A stretch of 64,000 nt of DNA from Felis catus (Eukaryota), in the NCBI RefSeq assembly GCF_018350175.1, contig NC_058368.1:80602001-80666000 (forward strand), read 5' to 3'. The notes under the pieces are model-generated. The model was not told where the DNA came from and ran no database searches. It saw only the letters and a list, made by a program, of their open reading frames with translations. Positions 34,501 to 47,295 of the stretch are shown here, piece by piece. Made by a program: the position numbers and the translations under genes. Position 1 is the stretch's first letter. Every line of letters starts with the position of its first letter.

Positions 34501-35116
34501 GTTGCTAACATTTACTTGTTGGTTGGCCTAAGTCTCTGCTCCTGAAGAGACTCGGGGAGAGTGCTAAGCCCCTTAGTACCTGTTTCCATCCATCCTTCCT
34601 GTTACTTGGAAGGAAGGCGTGACTGTCTGCATTTTGAGGACGTCCTGCTCAGACAGGTTTCTAGCTAAAAGCTGTCAGGGGACTTTTCTCTTGGTTTAAA
34701 GTCGGAGTTTTTGTTGCAAGAGGATTCTTGCTGCTTATGGCCCTTTTTGAGGCTTAATCCTGGAGGAGTGGGTGGGCGGGGGTGATGTGTTGGGGCTGAG
34801 TCCTGGCTGGTGCTCTGACTTACTTTGAGAGGCTTGTTTTTTCCATGGGAAGGGAAAGTATTAAAACCAGTTACAAAACCTTTAAGAAATGTGAAGATTG
34901 TACTGGAGAGGGACGGATGAGTAGTTCTCTCGAGTTACTTCCTGGAGCGCGCGCACCTTGTCTGGGTAGCAGACGGACTGCTCTGCATAAATGGCCCGCT
35001 TTGTTGCTTTGGCCGTGCGTCCCCCGGGGGCTGCCCCAGTTTAGAGTCTGGTGTGCTACGAGAGTGCGTGGTGTCCAGCGTCTCAGCTCGCTCTTCTCTG
35101 TGCACGACCTTTTCAG

Positions 35117-35247
35117 ACATCGGCCTGGGAAGTGACTCCGTGTGTGCCCGGCCCTCATCTCATCGGATAAAGTCTTTTGACTCCCTGGGAGCCCAGCCTT
35201 CGCACAGTCGGACTTCAAAATTGTTCCAGGGCCAGTATCGAAGTTTG
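35117..35247 (+). CDS. ARHGEF7: ARHGEF7 exon 4 (linker): DIGLGSDSVCARPSSHRIKSFDSLGAQPSHSRTSKLFQGQYRSL
   Basis: Acceptor ccttttcag|AC, donor TTG|gtaagt; 131 nt, phase 1/0; frame joins exons 3 and 5. Confidence 0.97.
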
Positions 35248-36559
35248 GTAAGTTGGAGAGAGCTGGTTTTTGGAATATGTTGGGGGAGAGGAGCCTGTGC
35301 AGGTGTATCCAGAAAGGTGCTCGTGCCTCTGAACAGGGTGCTGCACAGCCAGCGGGTGCTTTGGCTCTGTTCCCGCTGTTCTTCATTGGGGTGTGGTGTG
35401 TGCTCATCACCGGGTTCTCCAGATGTTTACACGTGACCGCTTTTGAGAGACTTGTGTATTTTGGGGGTTATATTTTAAGACTCCTAAATCTGTTAATCTG
35501 GAGAGATGTGTGTGCTTTAAAGTGTTTCCCTGGTCCCTTGTAAGATGGTATTTTTTTCTGCTTTGTGCACACGTACGGAAGTATGGGGATAAATATAAAA
35601 GTGCTTAGACGTGTGATGAAATGGCTAACAGGCAAAGAATCAAAAGGTGGTCTTTCTCCTTCCGGAAGTGTGGCTTAGCGTGCCTTCCTGGGTCAGGGTG
35701 TGACTTGTGAAGGAGGGGCTCCCTGGTCATGGGTGCTGGTGAAGTGGGTAAGGAAGGGGGTGCATGACTGTTCTGGGAAGTGAGGAAAAATCCACGTGGA
35801 AGTTGTTAGGATCCAGGCCATGAGCAGAGCACGTGGGGTGCAGCCGTGAAGCTGACCATGCGAGGCTGGAGAGAGATGTGGTATGGTGTGGAATGGGGGC
35901 TGTGTGCAGGGAGGCCGCCCCAGGTGTCGTTCTGGAAACGCTCCGAGCCCTCTTGTGAGCTAGCAGGTGATGGCACTTAACTTAGATTAGCTAGTTGTGG
36001 GACTTTGCTTTCACGTCCTGTTTTAATAAATTGTTTTCGAGACCAGTGGTCTTGCAGCATGAGCCGAAGGAGAGCCTGACTCGTGGGTGTTTGGGGATCA
36101 CCGCTGTCCTACCTGCTTCGACACAGAGAGGAGTATTGTCAAGCTAACGGTTAGCTTAAATAAATCGGTTAGAGTTGCATTTTGTGGAGGGAATTTGAGT
36201 TTCATTCAAGGACGGTTAAAAAGGAAGCTGCAAAAGGGAAATGAGAGTTTTACATGTTCCTGAACTTTCTGAACACAAGCTAACTCCTTGCTGTTTACCT
36301 GCTTTTCCTTAGAGAAGCCTCGTTACTGTTTCTGATCTTATGTACGATGCACTTGGTGCCACTGCTGTGTCTGCCCTGTTCTAGGCGCTGTTCCCGGGCT
36401 CTTGCAGATGACATTCCCGTCCCCTGCTCCTGTCCCCGGCCCCCTGTCCCCCACAGTGACCCCATGAAGCAAGGGCTTAATACTAGGTGAATTTTGCAGA
36501 GCTCTGTTGGGAGTGTTTTTAATCCACATTGAGGAAAAAATACCAAACCACTTGGATGA

Positions 36560-36773
36560 TATTTATATTTCTTAAAAATTTGTGAGAGAAAGTGAGAGCA
36601 TATACATGCAGGGGAGGGGCAGAGAGAGAGGGAGAGAGAGAATCCTAAACGGGCTCCACGCTGTCAGCACAGAGCCCGACATGGGGCTCTATCCCACGAA
36701 TTGTGAGATTGTGACCTGAGCTGAAATCAGTATGCAGTCAGATGCTTAACCCACTGTGTCCCTCAGGTGCCCC
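36560..36773 (-). mobile_element. CAN-SINE, diverged
   Basis: SINEC body (ggctccacgctgtcagcacagagcccgacatgggg…tcaggtgcccc). Confidence 0.88.
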
Positions 36774-37208
36774 TGGAAAAGTTTTAAAATTAGCTTTTAT
36801 AAAACTCGTAGGGGAAAATGTAAGAAATCTGCAAACTCTGGGTAGAGAAATATGTTGCCTCACCCGTTTACCAGGGCCAACTTGTAACTACTGGTTTTTG
36901 AGAAGTGAAGGCTAGATTGCAGATGGAGAATTTTAAGTAAAATGTGGGTAAGTGTAATGTTGAAGGGTGCATGTTACTAAGATCACAGTAAGCATAGGAT
37001 TAATGTATAATGAGCTTGGGAAATTTTAAGTAATGGCAGAAATAAAAAGCCCTCTGCACCCGCTATGTTCGGAAGACCCTGCTGGCTGCTGCCCTGTTGC
37101 TGTGCGACAATGACTTCCTGTGCCCTTCAGTTTTTCTGCAGGTGTTACTGATAGTACTTTGAGGGAAATTTCTTGGATTAAAAATTACAATGAAGCAAGA
37201 ATGGCAAA

Positions 37209-37410
37209 ATTTTTTTTTAAAGTTTATTTTTGAGAGAGAGCACAAGCCAGGGAAGGGGCAGAGAGAGAGAGGGAGACACAGGATCCGAAGCAGGCTCCAG
37301 GGTCTGAGCTGTCAGCATAGAGCCCGACGCGGGGCTCGAACTCACAGACCACGAGATCGTGACCTGAGCCAAAGCTGGATGCTTAACCGACTGAGCCACC
37401 CACGTGCCCC
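37209..37410 (-). mobile_element. Feline CAN-SINE
   Basis: Full body; TSD aagaatggca on both sides. Confidence 0.95.
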
Positions 37411-37449
37411 AAGAATGGCACAAATGTTTATTTAAAGCTGTGTGATAGG

Positions 37450-39050
37450 CAGCAGAAAGAGAAATTGTTAATTTCATTTACAGTTGTACCAAAACAAATA
37501 AAAAAGGAATCAATTTAATGTAGGAAGTGAAAGACCTGTACTCCACTATAAAACAGTGCAAGAAACTGAAGATGACACAAACAAATGGAAACATGCTCAT
37601 GGATTGGAGGAGTCCATACTGGTAAAATGTCCACACTACCCAAAGCAGTCTGCAGATTTGATGCAATCCCTGTGAAAATAAGAGAGTGCGTGTCACAGAA
37701 CCAGAACAAATAATACTAAAATTTGTATGGGACCACACACACTTCAAATAACCAAGATAATCTTGAGAAAGAACAAACCTGGAGGTATCACAATCCCAGT
37801 TTTCAAGGTGCGCTACAAAGCCACAACAATCAAAAGTGTATGGTAAGGGCACAAGAATAGATGTAGATAGTGGAACAAAATGGAGAACCCAGAAGGAAAC
37901 CCACAACTACGTGTCTGGCTCTGACAGAGGGAGCAAGGAAATACAATGGGGAAAGACCGTCTTTCCAGCAAATGGTGGCAGGAAAACTGGACGGCAACAT
38001 GCAAAAGTGTGAAACTGGACCACTTGGTTTCTTTCAGCGTACACAAAAATAAACAAAAATGAATTAAAGACCTAAACGTGAGACTTGAAACCATAAACTC
38101 GTAGAAGAAAACAAAGGTAGTGATGTCTTTCACATCAGCTATAGAAACATTTTTCTAGGTATGTCTCCTAAGGCAAGTAAGACAAAAATTACTATTAGGG
38201 CTACACCAAAATAAAAAGCTTTGTCACAGCCAAGGAAGCCATTAACAAATGGGGAAGACAGCCTGCTGAGTGAGGGAAGATACTTGTAAACGACCTCTCC
38301 GAGAAGGGGTTATTATCCAAAATCTAGTAAGAACTTACACAAATCAACACCAAAAAACCCAATTAAAAAATGGGCAGAGGACTTGAATAGACCTTTTTCC
38401 AAAGACCTGCAGATGGCCAAGAGACCCATGAAAAGGTGCTCCTCACCGACCGTCACAGAAATGCAAAGCAGAACCAGAGAGAATACCTCACCTCTGTCAG
38501 AATAGCTGGGGTCAAGAAGACAAATGACAAGTGTTGGCGAGGACGTGGAGGAAAATGAGACCTCGGCACAGTTGTGGGAATGGAAACTGGTGCGGCCATT
38601 GTGGAAAACCGTATCAAGGTTTTCAAATGGAACGTAGAAATACTATATGATCCAGCAATTCTGTTGGATATCTGCCCAAAGAAAACCAACACTAATTTAA
38701 AAAGATAAATGCTACAATAAATTCAGAGGTTAATTCTTGGCATTATTTACAACAGCCAAGATACAGAAGCAACTCGTGTCCACAGACAGATTAATAAAGA
38801 TGTGTGTGTGTGAGAGAAACGTGTGTGTATACACACATACACACGCAGTCTACTCGGCCATCAAGAATAAAATCCTGTCATTGGCAGTAATGTGGATGGT
38901 GGAATGTGGAATACGACGTTATTCCGCTTGTATGTGGAATCTGAGAAAAGAAAATGAATAAACGAAAAGTGAAAACAGACCCATAGAGAATAAACTGATG
39001 GTGGCCAGAGGGGTAGGGGCAATATAATATGGGGAGAGGGAGAAAAGTAG
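37450..39050 (+). mobile_element. 5'-truncated, degenerate LINE-1 (3' part of ORF2 plus 3' UTR), carnivore type, sense to ARHGEF7
   Basis: Typical L1 ORF2 text (gaagtgaaagacctgtac, gaagatgacacaaacaaatgg, tgctcatggattgga, aaaatgtccacactacccaaagca, caagtgttggcgaggacgtggag, tatgatccagcaatt) with many stops and frameshifts. Confidence 0.93.
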
Positions 39051-42000
39051 GTGATAGGTGAACCTCCACCTACCCATTGTCTTCTACTTCGTGTTTGAAA
39101 TTCTCCATAATAAAAAATTAAGCTAAAACAGTAGGTGGTTGCTTGGATGTAAATTTTGTGGTCTTTGTTAAAGCAAACCATAGCCTAAAATCGTGTGAGG
39201 CCCCGCCGTTCCCAGGGGGAGGACGGGTGTTCTCAGGGTGCACTCTGAAAGCCCCTGGTCACACGTGTTCACTCGCACCTCTGTTAAGCACGCGTTGCCT
39301 GACCACCACCTCAGTGCTTGCTGTCAGCACGATCGCTTCTGTGTCACTGAACCCCTCGACTCCAGGATGGGTTTCTTGCTTGTGATGGAGGCCAGTTTGA
39401 GCAGTTCTGGTGTTCTGTCTGCACTGACATGGAAGTTCTAACTTCCTTTCTTCCCTGTTACTTCCTCACTGTTCATTTCTGGGGGTGATCCCCTTACCCC
39501 CGCCCACACCCTCTGCTAAACTGAGCTCTTCCTGTGCCCCTGTGCTCATACTGTGCCCTCCCCCAGACCTAGTGCGGCTCCTTGGAGGGGAGGGGGGCTC
39601 AGGCTGTTGACTTGGGGCTTGTTTTTCCTCTGGTCTGGGGCTGACTTCACCCTTCACTGGTGAATAAACTGTACTGACTGCTTTTGGGACTCCTCCTCTC
39701 CCTCTGTGGCCAAAGTATTCATCCATTGACTCCTGAGAAGTATGACCTTGGGTTCCCAAGTTTCCCTCCCTGATTGTGGGGAGTGGTGAGGTCAGGTGCT
39801 TGCTGCCACCACCCTTCATTTGTGGGAGTCCTGCCTTGAGCCCCTCAAGCACTGCCTTTGCCTGTGGTCCCCACTGCCACCTGGGACTGGGCCAGCCCTG
39901 GTCCCTGCGCTCCCAGGACTGTTTCTCAGACCTGCATCTCCGTGTGTCCACGCATTCCACGCTGTTCACGTCTCTACTACCTCTGCCACTTCATTACCGC
40001 ATTTCAGCAATTCTGAGACTTTTTTTTGAAACCTTCTCACAGGTTCAAAAGTAGCATGTGTCCTAAAGTTGATGGTATGTCATAATTGACAGCATTTGGA
40101 GTATATAAAAGGTATTGTCTAATTTCTGGCATGTTCTAGTTGATGAAATACATTATGAGCAAGCAAGTGTAGAGAAGTTACAGTATTTACCTAAGCTTGC
40201 AAGACAGGGAAGTACTGGCTATTGGAAGAGAAGTTGGGTGTTTCCTTGACCAGCTTTTCTTCTGTGAATGAGATTACCCCTTCCAGGGAACGGGGAGGAC
40301 GGGGCTTGTGTGAAGGTAGCATTCCAGGACATCGTGGTTTTGGGTTGTTAGGGTGACTTCAGAACGTGGGATAAAACACTTGATGCATTTCTGGGTGTGC
40401 ATGATATTGACAGGTGGGCCTTTGTAGGCCTCGGAGGGCAGCTCTGAGGGGCAAGTGTGGTGGGTACAGGTTACTGCTCCCAGACGAGGTACAGTAAGTG
40501 GGCCCCACAGTGTCCTCCCATCACTGACTTAGTGACCTGAAACCTACATCTAGAAAACAGCTAGATGAATTTCTACAAGTCAGACATTCCTGTGTAAGAT
40601 CGAGAAGCAGAACCTGACCGGTGTCACCTTTGTTGTGTCTGCTTTTCCCAAAAGGCACCTGCTGTCCTGATTTCTGACGGTAAAGATGAACTTCGCCTGT
40701 TTTGTGTTGGACATAAACGGAATTGCACAGCGTGCACTCGTTCTGTGACTGGCTGCTCTTGGCTCAGCCCGTTGTGTTGTGGACTATCGTGGGGTGTCAG
40801 GTTGAACCCAGGTAGCTGATGAGTTTCAGTTGCAGGAGACCCTTTAAATAGGGGAAGGAGAGAAATCCCAAAGAGGAGAGCCGTTAAATACCTGCTCTCC
40901 AGTTTGCCAACATCAGCGGCAGTGACTTGAATGCTACTGTTGAGTGTTGGGATCTGAGACTGGACGATGGTGTGGAGCCGTTGCGACATCCTGTCTGGGG
41001 CACCCTCTCGCACCCCATCTCTGGCATCTTGTGGTCGTAACACTCCTTAGAACAACATCTTAAGCTTACATCTTTGATATAGTAGGTGCTGAATCCTTGG
41101 ACACTTGTGGCATCAGAAGTTTAGGTAGATCTAAACTTCTAGAGATCTAGGCTGGCTGCCTGTCCTCTGTGTCTTTCTTCCTACCTGTCCTGGGACACCC
41201 CTGTCCTTGTGGAGTGGCTATTTCTGTGCGGAAGACGCGGCAGTGGTGTTCGCCTGACCTGTGCCTGAGTGCAGAGAATTGGTGACGTGGGGGGAGAGTG
41301 TAGTCGCCCTAATTTGTAACGTTCAGGTTGGTGTTGTGCCTGGAGAGGGCCTGTGCACTGGTGGCTGGGCTGGCTAGAGGGTCGCTCCTGGGGGGTACTT
41401 CGACCTCCTTGGGGCCCGCTCTGCCCCTGCTCTTGGTTATGTGTTAACGGATCCCTGGGATTGGCTCTGTGCGGGTTGTACACAAAGCCAGCTTGCCCAG
41501 GGTGGGTCACAGGAAGGAGAGGGGGTGAAGATCGTGGTGGACAGCTGATGCAGGGTGACCATGGTTTGCAGAGATGAGCCGATGCCGTGTGGCAGCCTGA
41601 TCTGGTTTCCTTAACCAGGGCTGTGACCTGTGCCATCGCTGGGGAGTGGGGGGGCAGGGGGCAGGGAGCCTCCGCGGGGCTGGTGACCTTTAAGCTGTCC
41701 CTCGCCATTCAAGTGCGCCAGGCAAGCAGCATGTCGGCCAGAGCTTTCATTCAGTTTGCCCAGTGCTGAAGGGAGTTTTTTTTCATGTTAATACTTAGGG
41801 TATTCTAAGCATTAAACATTCAGTATGTATGAAGTGCTAAATTGGTTAGATAAGACACTTAACGCATGTACTTAAATTAACTTTTTGTAAGTTAATGTAA
41901 AATACACATTTAAATAAAGAATAAACATTCTAAGAACTGTCTGCTCCTCTGGAAGCTCTGTCACCACTGCACTTTGTCTGTCTTCTGGTTTGGTGACGTG

Positions 42001-43369
42001 CACAGCTGGTTAGACTTGGGTCCTTCCAGACTTGGTGCAGGAGGTCCCACTTGCTCATCGGGCCCCCGGGGGTTTGCCTGTATTGTCTCCGTGAACGCCT
42101 CTGTGAAGCTGGATTTAAGCCTGCAGTGTGGTCAGTGTGGATTTCCTGTCATGGAGCGGGGTCGGGGTCTCGCTCTGCATCCTGGCCCGTACCTTCCTCC
42201 TGGCCAAGTGCTCCCATGGCTTCTGTTGGGTCCGGTCAGTGTCCCCTCACCATGTCCCAGACCCACAGGATGGCCAGGGTGTGTGTGATCACTGTGCTTC
42301 CTTTCCTGAAAGCGTGGTGTTTTCTGGAGTAAATAATCATTGCCTGTTGGAGTTTTCTGTGCGCCCTTTGCAGACTGCAGCCCTCATCTTTTGCTGGTTT
42401 CTAAGAATCTCTTGTACATTCAGACCCATTAGGATTTCTCACTTCTTCCCAGGGAACTGCCTTGACGTCTTGTGGCCACTTGAGTCTCCTGGTTGTAGCC
42501 AGGCTCCTGCCAGATGCTGCCTGAGCCGTCCTCCTGTGTCACCCCACCCTCCCTTTGACCCAAGCCCATCTCCCCCTCTTCTGCTTTTTCTTGACTGACC
42601 CCCCTGTTGAGGAGGAGTTCATCTTACAGGAGCTTCTCAGAGAGAGGGCGCATAGGCTGGGGAGTGCTGGAGAGCTCGCGTAACTACAGCCGTATTTTTA
42701 TTCCAATGCGAAAATTCTCTTCGTTTTCCGAAGTGTCTTTACCATGTGACTTGAGCCGGGTTTCTCTAGGCTCCTTCCCTGTGGGGTCCATGCGGCTTCC
42801 TGGCTCTGTGGCTTTGTCTTCAGGTTGGGGACGTTTTCAGCCGCATTCCTCATACTGCCTTTCAGCACTGCTTTCTCCTCCACGACACCGGTGACTCCAG
42901 TCTCAAGCCCGTCATTTTCCACATGTTCCTGGGGCTCTTTTTTCACTGTCATTTTGAGTAAATTTTGTAAGTTCTTTTTCCTTTTTGAGTCTAGTTCTTT
43001 GAGATGCTGGCGGGTAGATGGGGCCACATGCTGCCACCTGGTAAGAGTGGAGCAGGGACTCCCGGCCTGATCTTTGCTGACGTCACCAGTGCAAGCGGGT
43101 GCTCGGTGGGGCATGGGACATGTCTCTTCCCCATCCCCGTGGACGCCCAGGCGCAGACTGAGGGCACACCCCCTGTCGGTGGGTGGACCTGTCCTCTGCC
43201 CCTCTTCTTTCACCGGGAGATCAGGCTTTTCTTGGGGATGTGTTTAGTTTGCTTCTGTTGGTGGTTCCCGGTTACAAGCCTCTCCAGCACCTAGTCTGGG
43301 ATAGATGGAAATAGAAACTCTAGCCTGGCTGCCTCCTCTTCCCACCTTTCAGAGTGGGCACACAAGCTT

Positions 43370-43750
43370 AATCTCTGAGGAAAAATGCAAACTGAAAGGT
43401 ACCATTTCTTCCCAGCAGTTTGGCAAAAATAAAAATGCTTGGCGATGTTCAGTGCTGGTGAGCGTGTAAAGAAATAGCCCTGAATTACTGTTGGTGGGAA
43501 TGTAGTTTAGTGTGAGGAGAAACTTTCTGGAGGGCAGTTAGGAATAGGTACTAAAATTTAAAATATGTCGCATGTTTTCTGACCTGAATTTAAGGTATAC
43601 GTTTATTTACGGGTGTGTTCAAAGATGTGCATGTAGTTTTAATGCAGCCTTGTCTTGCAGTAGAAAAATACTAGAAATAACCTTAAATCTAGTAATGGAG
43701 AATTACTGGCACAGCCATACAGCTAAGTTACACAGTTGAGACTAAAATAA
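43370..43750 (+). mobile_element. Old L1M-type 3' fragment
   Basis: Degenerate aaatgcaaactgaaa…ccatt…ttggcaaaaat…gtgctggtgag…tgttggtgggaatgta…ctttctggagggcagtt. Confidence 0.6.
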
Positions 43751-44086
43751 TTCTAGAAATCACCTCAGTGTGTTAACTTTTTGTACACTGTATTGAAGGA
43801 TGTACTGTATAATTTGATGTAAGTGTACATGAAAGTATGTCATGTTTATGTAAGTGTAACTGTGGCCAGAAAAAGACCTTTAAAACCACTGAGAGGGTTT
43901 CCTCTGGGACTGGAACGAGGTGGTGGTGGTCAGGGCACTGCAGGGAGGTCGGAAACCTGCTTGTCTACCTTAAAAAGTGCTCTGCTGTTGGAACGGGGCA
44001 GCTGCACTCTGATTATACTAGTAAAACATCTCACTTTGTAATGAGGCAGACCACATGAAATTTTTCTCTCCCTCTTCCCTTTTTAG

Positions 44087-44288
44087 GACATGACCGATAA
44101 TAGCAACAGCCAACTGGTGGTGAGAGCGAAGTTTAACTTCCAGCAGACCAATGAAGATGAGCTCTCCTTTACGAAAGGCGACATCATCCACGTCACGCGG
44201 GTCGAGGAGGGCGGCTGGTGGGAGGGCACGCACAATGGCAGGACCGGCTGGTTTCCCAGCAACTACGTGCGGGAGGTCAAGCCCAGTG
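44087..44288 (+). CDS. ARHGEF7: ARHGEF7 exon 5 (SH3 domain; ATG 44090 is the start of the short beta-PIX isoform): [67 protein letters not shown]
   Basis: Acceptor tttttag|GAC, donor GTG|gtaagt; 202 nt, phase 0/1; SH3 motifs ELSF, GGWWEG and GWFPSNYV. Confidence 0.99.
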
Positions 44289-44584
44289 GTAAGTGGCGTG
44301 CGGGCAGAGGGATGCCGCTTGTCCTCCAGGACAGGTGATTGCACTCACGCACTCACGCGAGGGCTTCTCCCTCCCTGGCTAAGCTTGTATAGATGGCCCT
44401 GGGCTGAGGGTTCTCCTTCTTCTCTAGTTGTTCTTCAAGGAGAGTGATTTTTACTTTACCCCTGCCTTGGGGTGCCAGCATGAAGGATCTGTAGTTAAAA
44501 GTAGCATTTCAGTCGGTTATGGTAACAGTTTAAAATTAGGACTTGGGAGTTTGCTCTATCATACAGGCTATTAATAAAAAGAAA

Positions 44585-44780
44585 TTATTTTAATGTTTGT
44601 TTTTGAGAGAGAGCAAGTGAGCTGGGGAGAGCAGAGACAGAGGGAGACACAGAATCGGAAGCAGGCTCCAGGCTCCAAGCTGTCAGCACAGAGCCCGATG
44701 TGGGGCTTGACTTCACAAACCGTGAGATCATGACCTGGGCCAAAGTTGGATGCTTAACCAAGTGAGCCACCCAGGTGCCT
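44585..44780 (-). mobile_element. Feline CAN-SINE
   Basis: Full SINEC body; caggcta flanks both ends. Confidence 0.93.
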
Positions 44781-44859
44781 CAGGCTAATTTGTATCACTC
44801 TGGGTGCTTTTGCTGATGATGTATTATTTATCTTTTTCTGTATTTGTGATAGTTATTTT

Positions 44860-45037
44860 ATGTTATTTTTTATTTTGAGGGAGTGAAAGAGCCGGAGAGG
44901 GGCAAAGAGGGAGAGAGAAAGAATCTCAAGCAGGTTCCTCACTGTCAGCGCAGAGCCTGATGGCAGGGCTCAAACTCATGAACCATGAGATCATGACCTG
45001 AGCCAAAATCAAGAGTCGGATGCCACCCAGGCTCCCC
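44860..45037 (-). mobile_element. CAN-SINE, diverged
   Basis: …gaatctcaagcagg…gtcagcgcagagcctgatggcagggctcaaactcatgaaccatgagatcatgacctgagcc…gccacccaggctcccc. Confidence 0.88.
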
Positions 45038-45091
45038 ATGTACCACACTCTTACGATAAAGTTAAGGCATTGCTAAGAAAATGAGAGAGCC

Positions 45092-45296
45092 GGGGCACCT
45101 GGGTGGCTCAGTCGGTTAAGCATCCGACTTCAGCTCAGTTCATGATCTCACAGTCTGAGTTCGAGCCCCGCATCAGGCTCTGTGCTGACAGCTCAGAGCC
45201 TGGAGCCTGCTTCGGATCCTGTGTCTCCCTCTCTGTCTCTGCCCCTCCCCTGCTCATGCTCTGTCTCTCTCTGTCTCAAAAAAAAAAAAAGAAAAA
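45092..45296 (+). mobile_element. Feline CAN-SINE inserted into an older Tigger2/MER8-like remnant
   Basis: Full body; 17-bp TSD aagaaaatgagagagcc at 45075-45091 and 45297-45313. Confidence 0.95.
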
Positions 45297-45313
45297 AAGA
45301 AAATGAGAGAGCC

Positions 45314-45404
45314 AGCACATTTACAGTACTGCAGTGTATTGATGAATATCCATGTAAAAGTGGACTCGTGCAGCTCAAACTCTGTTGTTGGAGGGTCAGC
45401 CGTA
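45314..45404. mobile_element. Tigger2a/MER8-like DNA transposon terminus
   Basis: atccatgtaaaagtggactcgtgcagctcaaactctgttgttggagggtcagccgta resembles the Tigger2-family terminal sequence followed by TA. Confidence 0.6.
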
Positions 45405-46179
45405 TATAAAATCCTTCTGTTTTGTGGAGCTTGGCATTGAGCGCCGCTCTCCCAGCCTTTCTGTCACCAGATGTGTGAGTTTTCTGTACCGAGCAATCCG
45501 GTGACCTCATGTAGAGCTTCTGAAACCTTCGTAACTTCCTAAGGGATCAGAGTGCTGGGAGCATCTTCTGTTCTGTTCCAGTACTTGCTCTCTGGTCACG
45601 GTTCCTGATACAGCGCTCCCAGGAACTTTGTCATTTCCTGTGGCCCAGACCAGGCGCAGACCCCTGGCCGTACCTGTTTTCTGTTTCAAAACCACAGTTT
45701 GCTCATCCATTCATCTGTTGCTGGACATTTTGGTTGTTTTTCACCTTCTGCTGTTGGGAATAAGGTTTCTGTGGTCCTGGGTGAGATCTGAGTCCTGTCC
45801 ATTCTCTTGGGCTTATACCTCGGGGTGGAATTGCTGGCTCACAGGGCGATGGTGGTCAGTGTGCGGGGCACTGCCGTGCCGCCTGTGTGGCAGCTGCCCT
45901 GTCGTGCTTTCCACCAGCAGTATGCCAGGGTTCCGGTGTGTCCACGTCCTTGGCACTACTTTTTTTTCCCCCATGATAACTGTTGGGTGTGAAATGGTAC
46001 CTCGCTGTTTGTATTTTTCTCATACGGTAAAGTTGACAGTAAGTGCCTGGGCTGCTTGTGTTCTGGCTGCTTGTGTTCTGGTTACTGTCTGAAGTGCTTC
46101 TACAGTGGCCTCATTCAGTCCTCACACAGCCCCAGGAGACATCGGGATATTCGGGGCACAGGTATGAATCCTCCTCCTC

Positions 46180-46417
46180 CTTTTTTTTTTTTTATTTTTT
46201 TTTATTTTTTCAACGTTTTTTTATTTATTTTTGGGACAGAGAGAGACAGAGCATGAACGGGGGAGGGGCCGAGAGAGAGGGAGACACAGAATCGGAAACA
46301 GGCTCCAGGCTCTGAGCCATCAGCCCAGAGCCCGACGCGGGGCTCGAACTCACAGACCGCGAGATCGTGAGCTGGCTGAAGTCGGACGCTTAACTGACTG
46401 CGCCACCCAGGCGCCCC
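46180..46417 (-). mobile_element. Young feline CAN-SINE (SINEC_Fc-like)
   Basis: CpG-rich body and long T tail; TSD atgaatcctcct. Confidence 0.95.
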
Positions 46418-47181
46418 ATGAATCCTCCTTCTAATGCCAGCTGTCCTCACCGTACCGGTGTCCGGCTGATGGGGACGGAAGTGTGGCCTCAACCTTGGAC
46501 TCATCTGCTGGGAAATGGAGCTTAGCGTATGGCTCATGGGACTTGCCAGTAGTCACTGGTTGGCCCCGGCACTGGCCTGTGAGCATGAGGCTGGGACAGG
46601 TCGAGTCCGGGCTAAGAGCCTGGCCAGTCCTATGGTCCCCTGGTGTCCTGGGCTGAGAGTGCTGCCCTGGCCCTCTCTGGGAGGACGAGGGGCGAGGGGG
46701 CTCCGAGCACTGGTGCCGGGGACCTGCCATTTGGCGTAGAGCCTGATTGGGCCCACATCTGCTGACTCCAGGTCCCGGGTTCTGCTACGAATGACACATT
46801 CAAATGGGAAGTTCGGTCTTTGAGTTGTAGTAGTAAGAGTGCACATTTCTCCTCAGGGAGTTTTCAAAGTTTTACCTTTTGAAAATTACACTGAAAGGAT
46901 ACTTTGTGGGTCTCAGGGTCTTCTTCAGGTGACCTTGGGGAGTCACTTCTAAAAGGATCTGAGCAGGCTCAGGACTGCTCTTGGCGGTAGGTGGTTCCAT
47001 GGTGTGCTGCCCCCCTTGGAGAGTCTGGCAGTGTGGCATGAATGTCTTGCTGTGGGGCCCTGCTTTCGGAGTGGAGTGTGCAGCCAGAGAGGTGCTGGGT
47101 GTAGACAGATGCAGCTCTAAGAAGAACCGGCCATTCCAGGTGGTGGAATTTGCTTAACAACAACAGCAGCAGTATGTGTAA

Positions 47182-47295
47182 GGGGCACCCGGCCAGCTCT
47201 GTCAGCAGAGTGTGCGACTCTTGATCTTGGGGTTGTGAGTTTGAGTCCCATGTTGGGTGTATAGATTATTAGAAATCCTTAAAAAAAAAAAAAAA
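47182..47295 (+). mobile_element. Short carnivore SINEC (tRNA-derived head plus A tail)
   Basis: ggggcacccggccagctc…gcgactcttgatcttggggttgtgagtttgagtcccatgttgggtgtatagatta…A-run. Confidence 0.85.

Noticed and set aside
37450..39050. L1 as an active or coding element
   Set aside because: 5'-truncated, with numerous stops and frameshifts; no long ORF2 frame.
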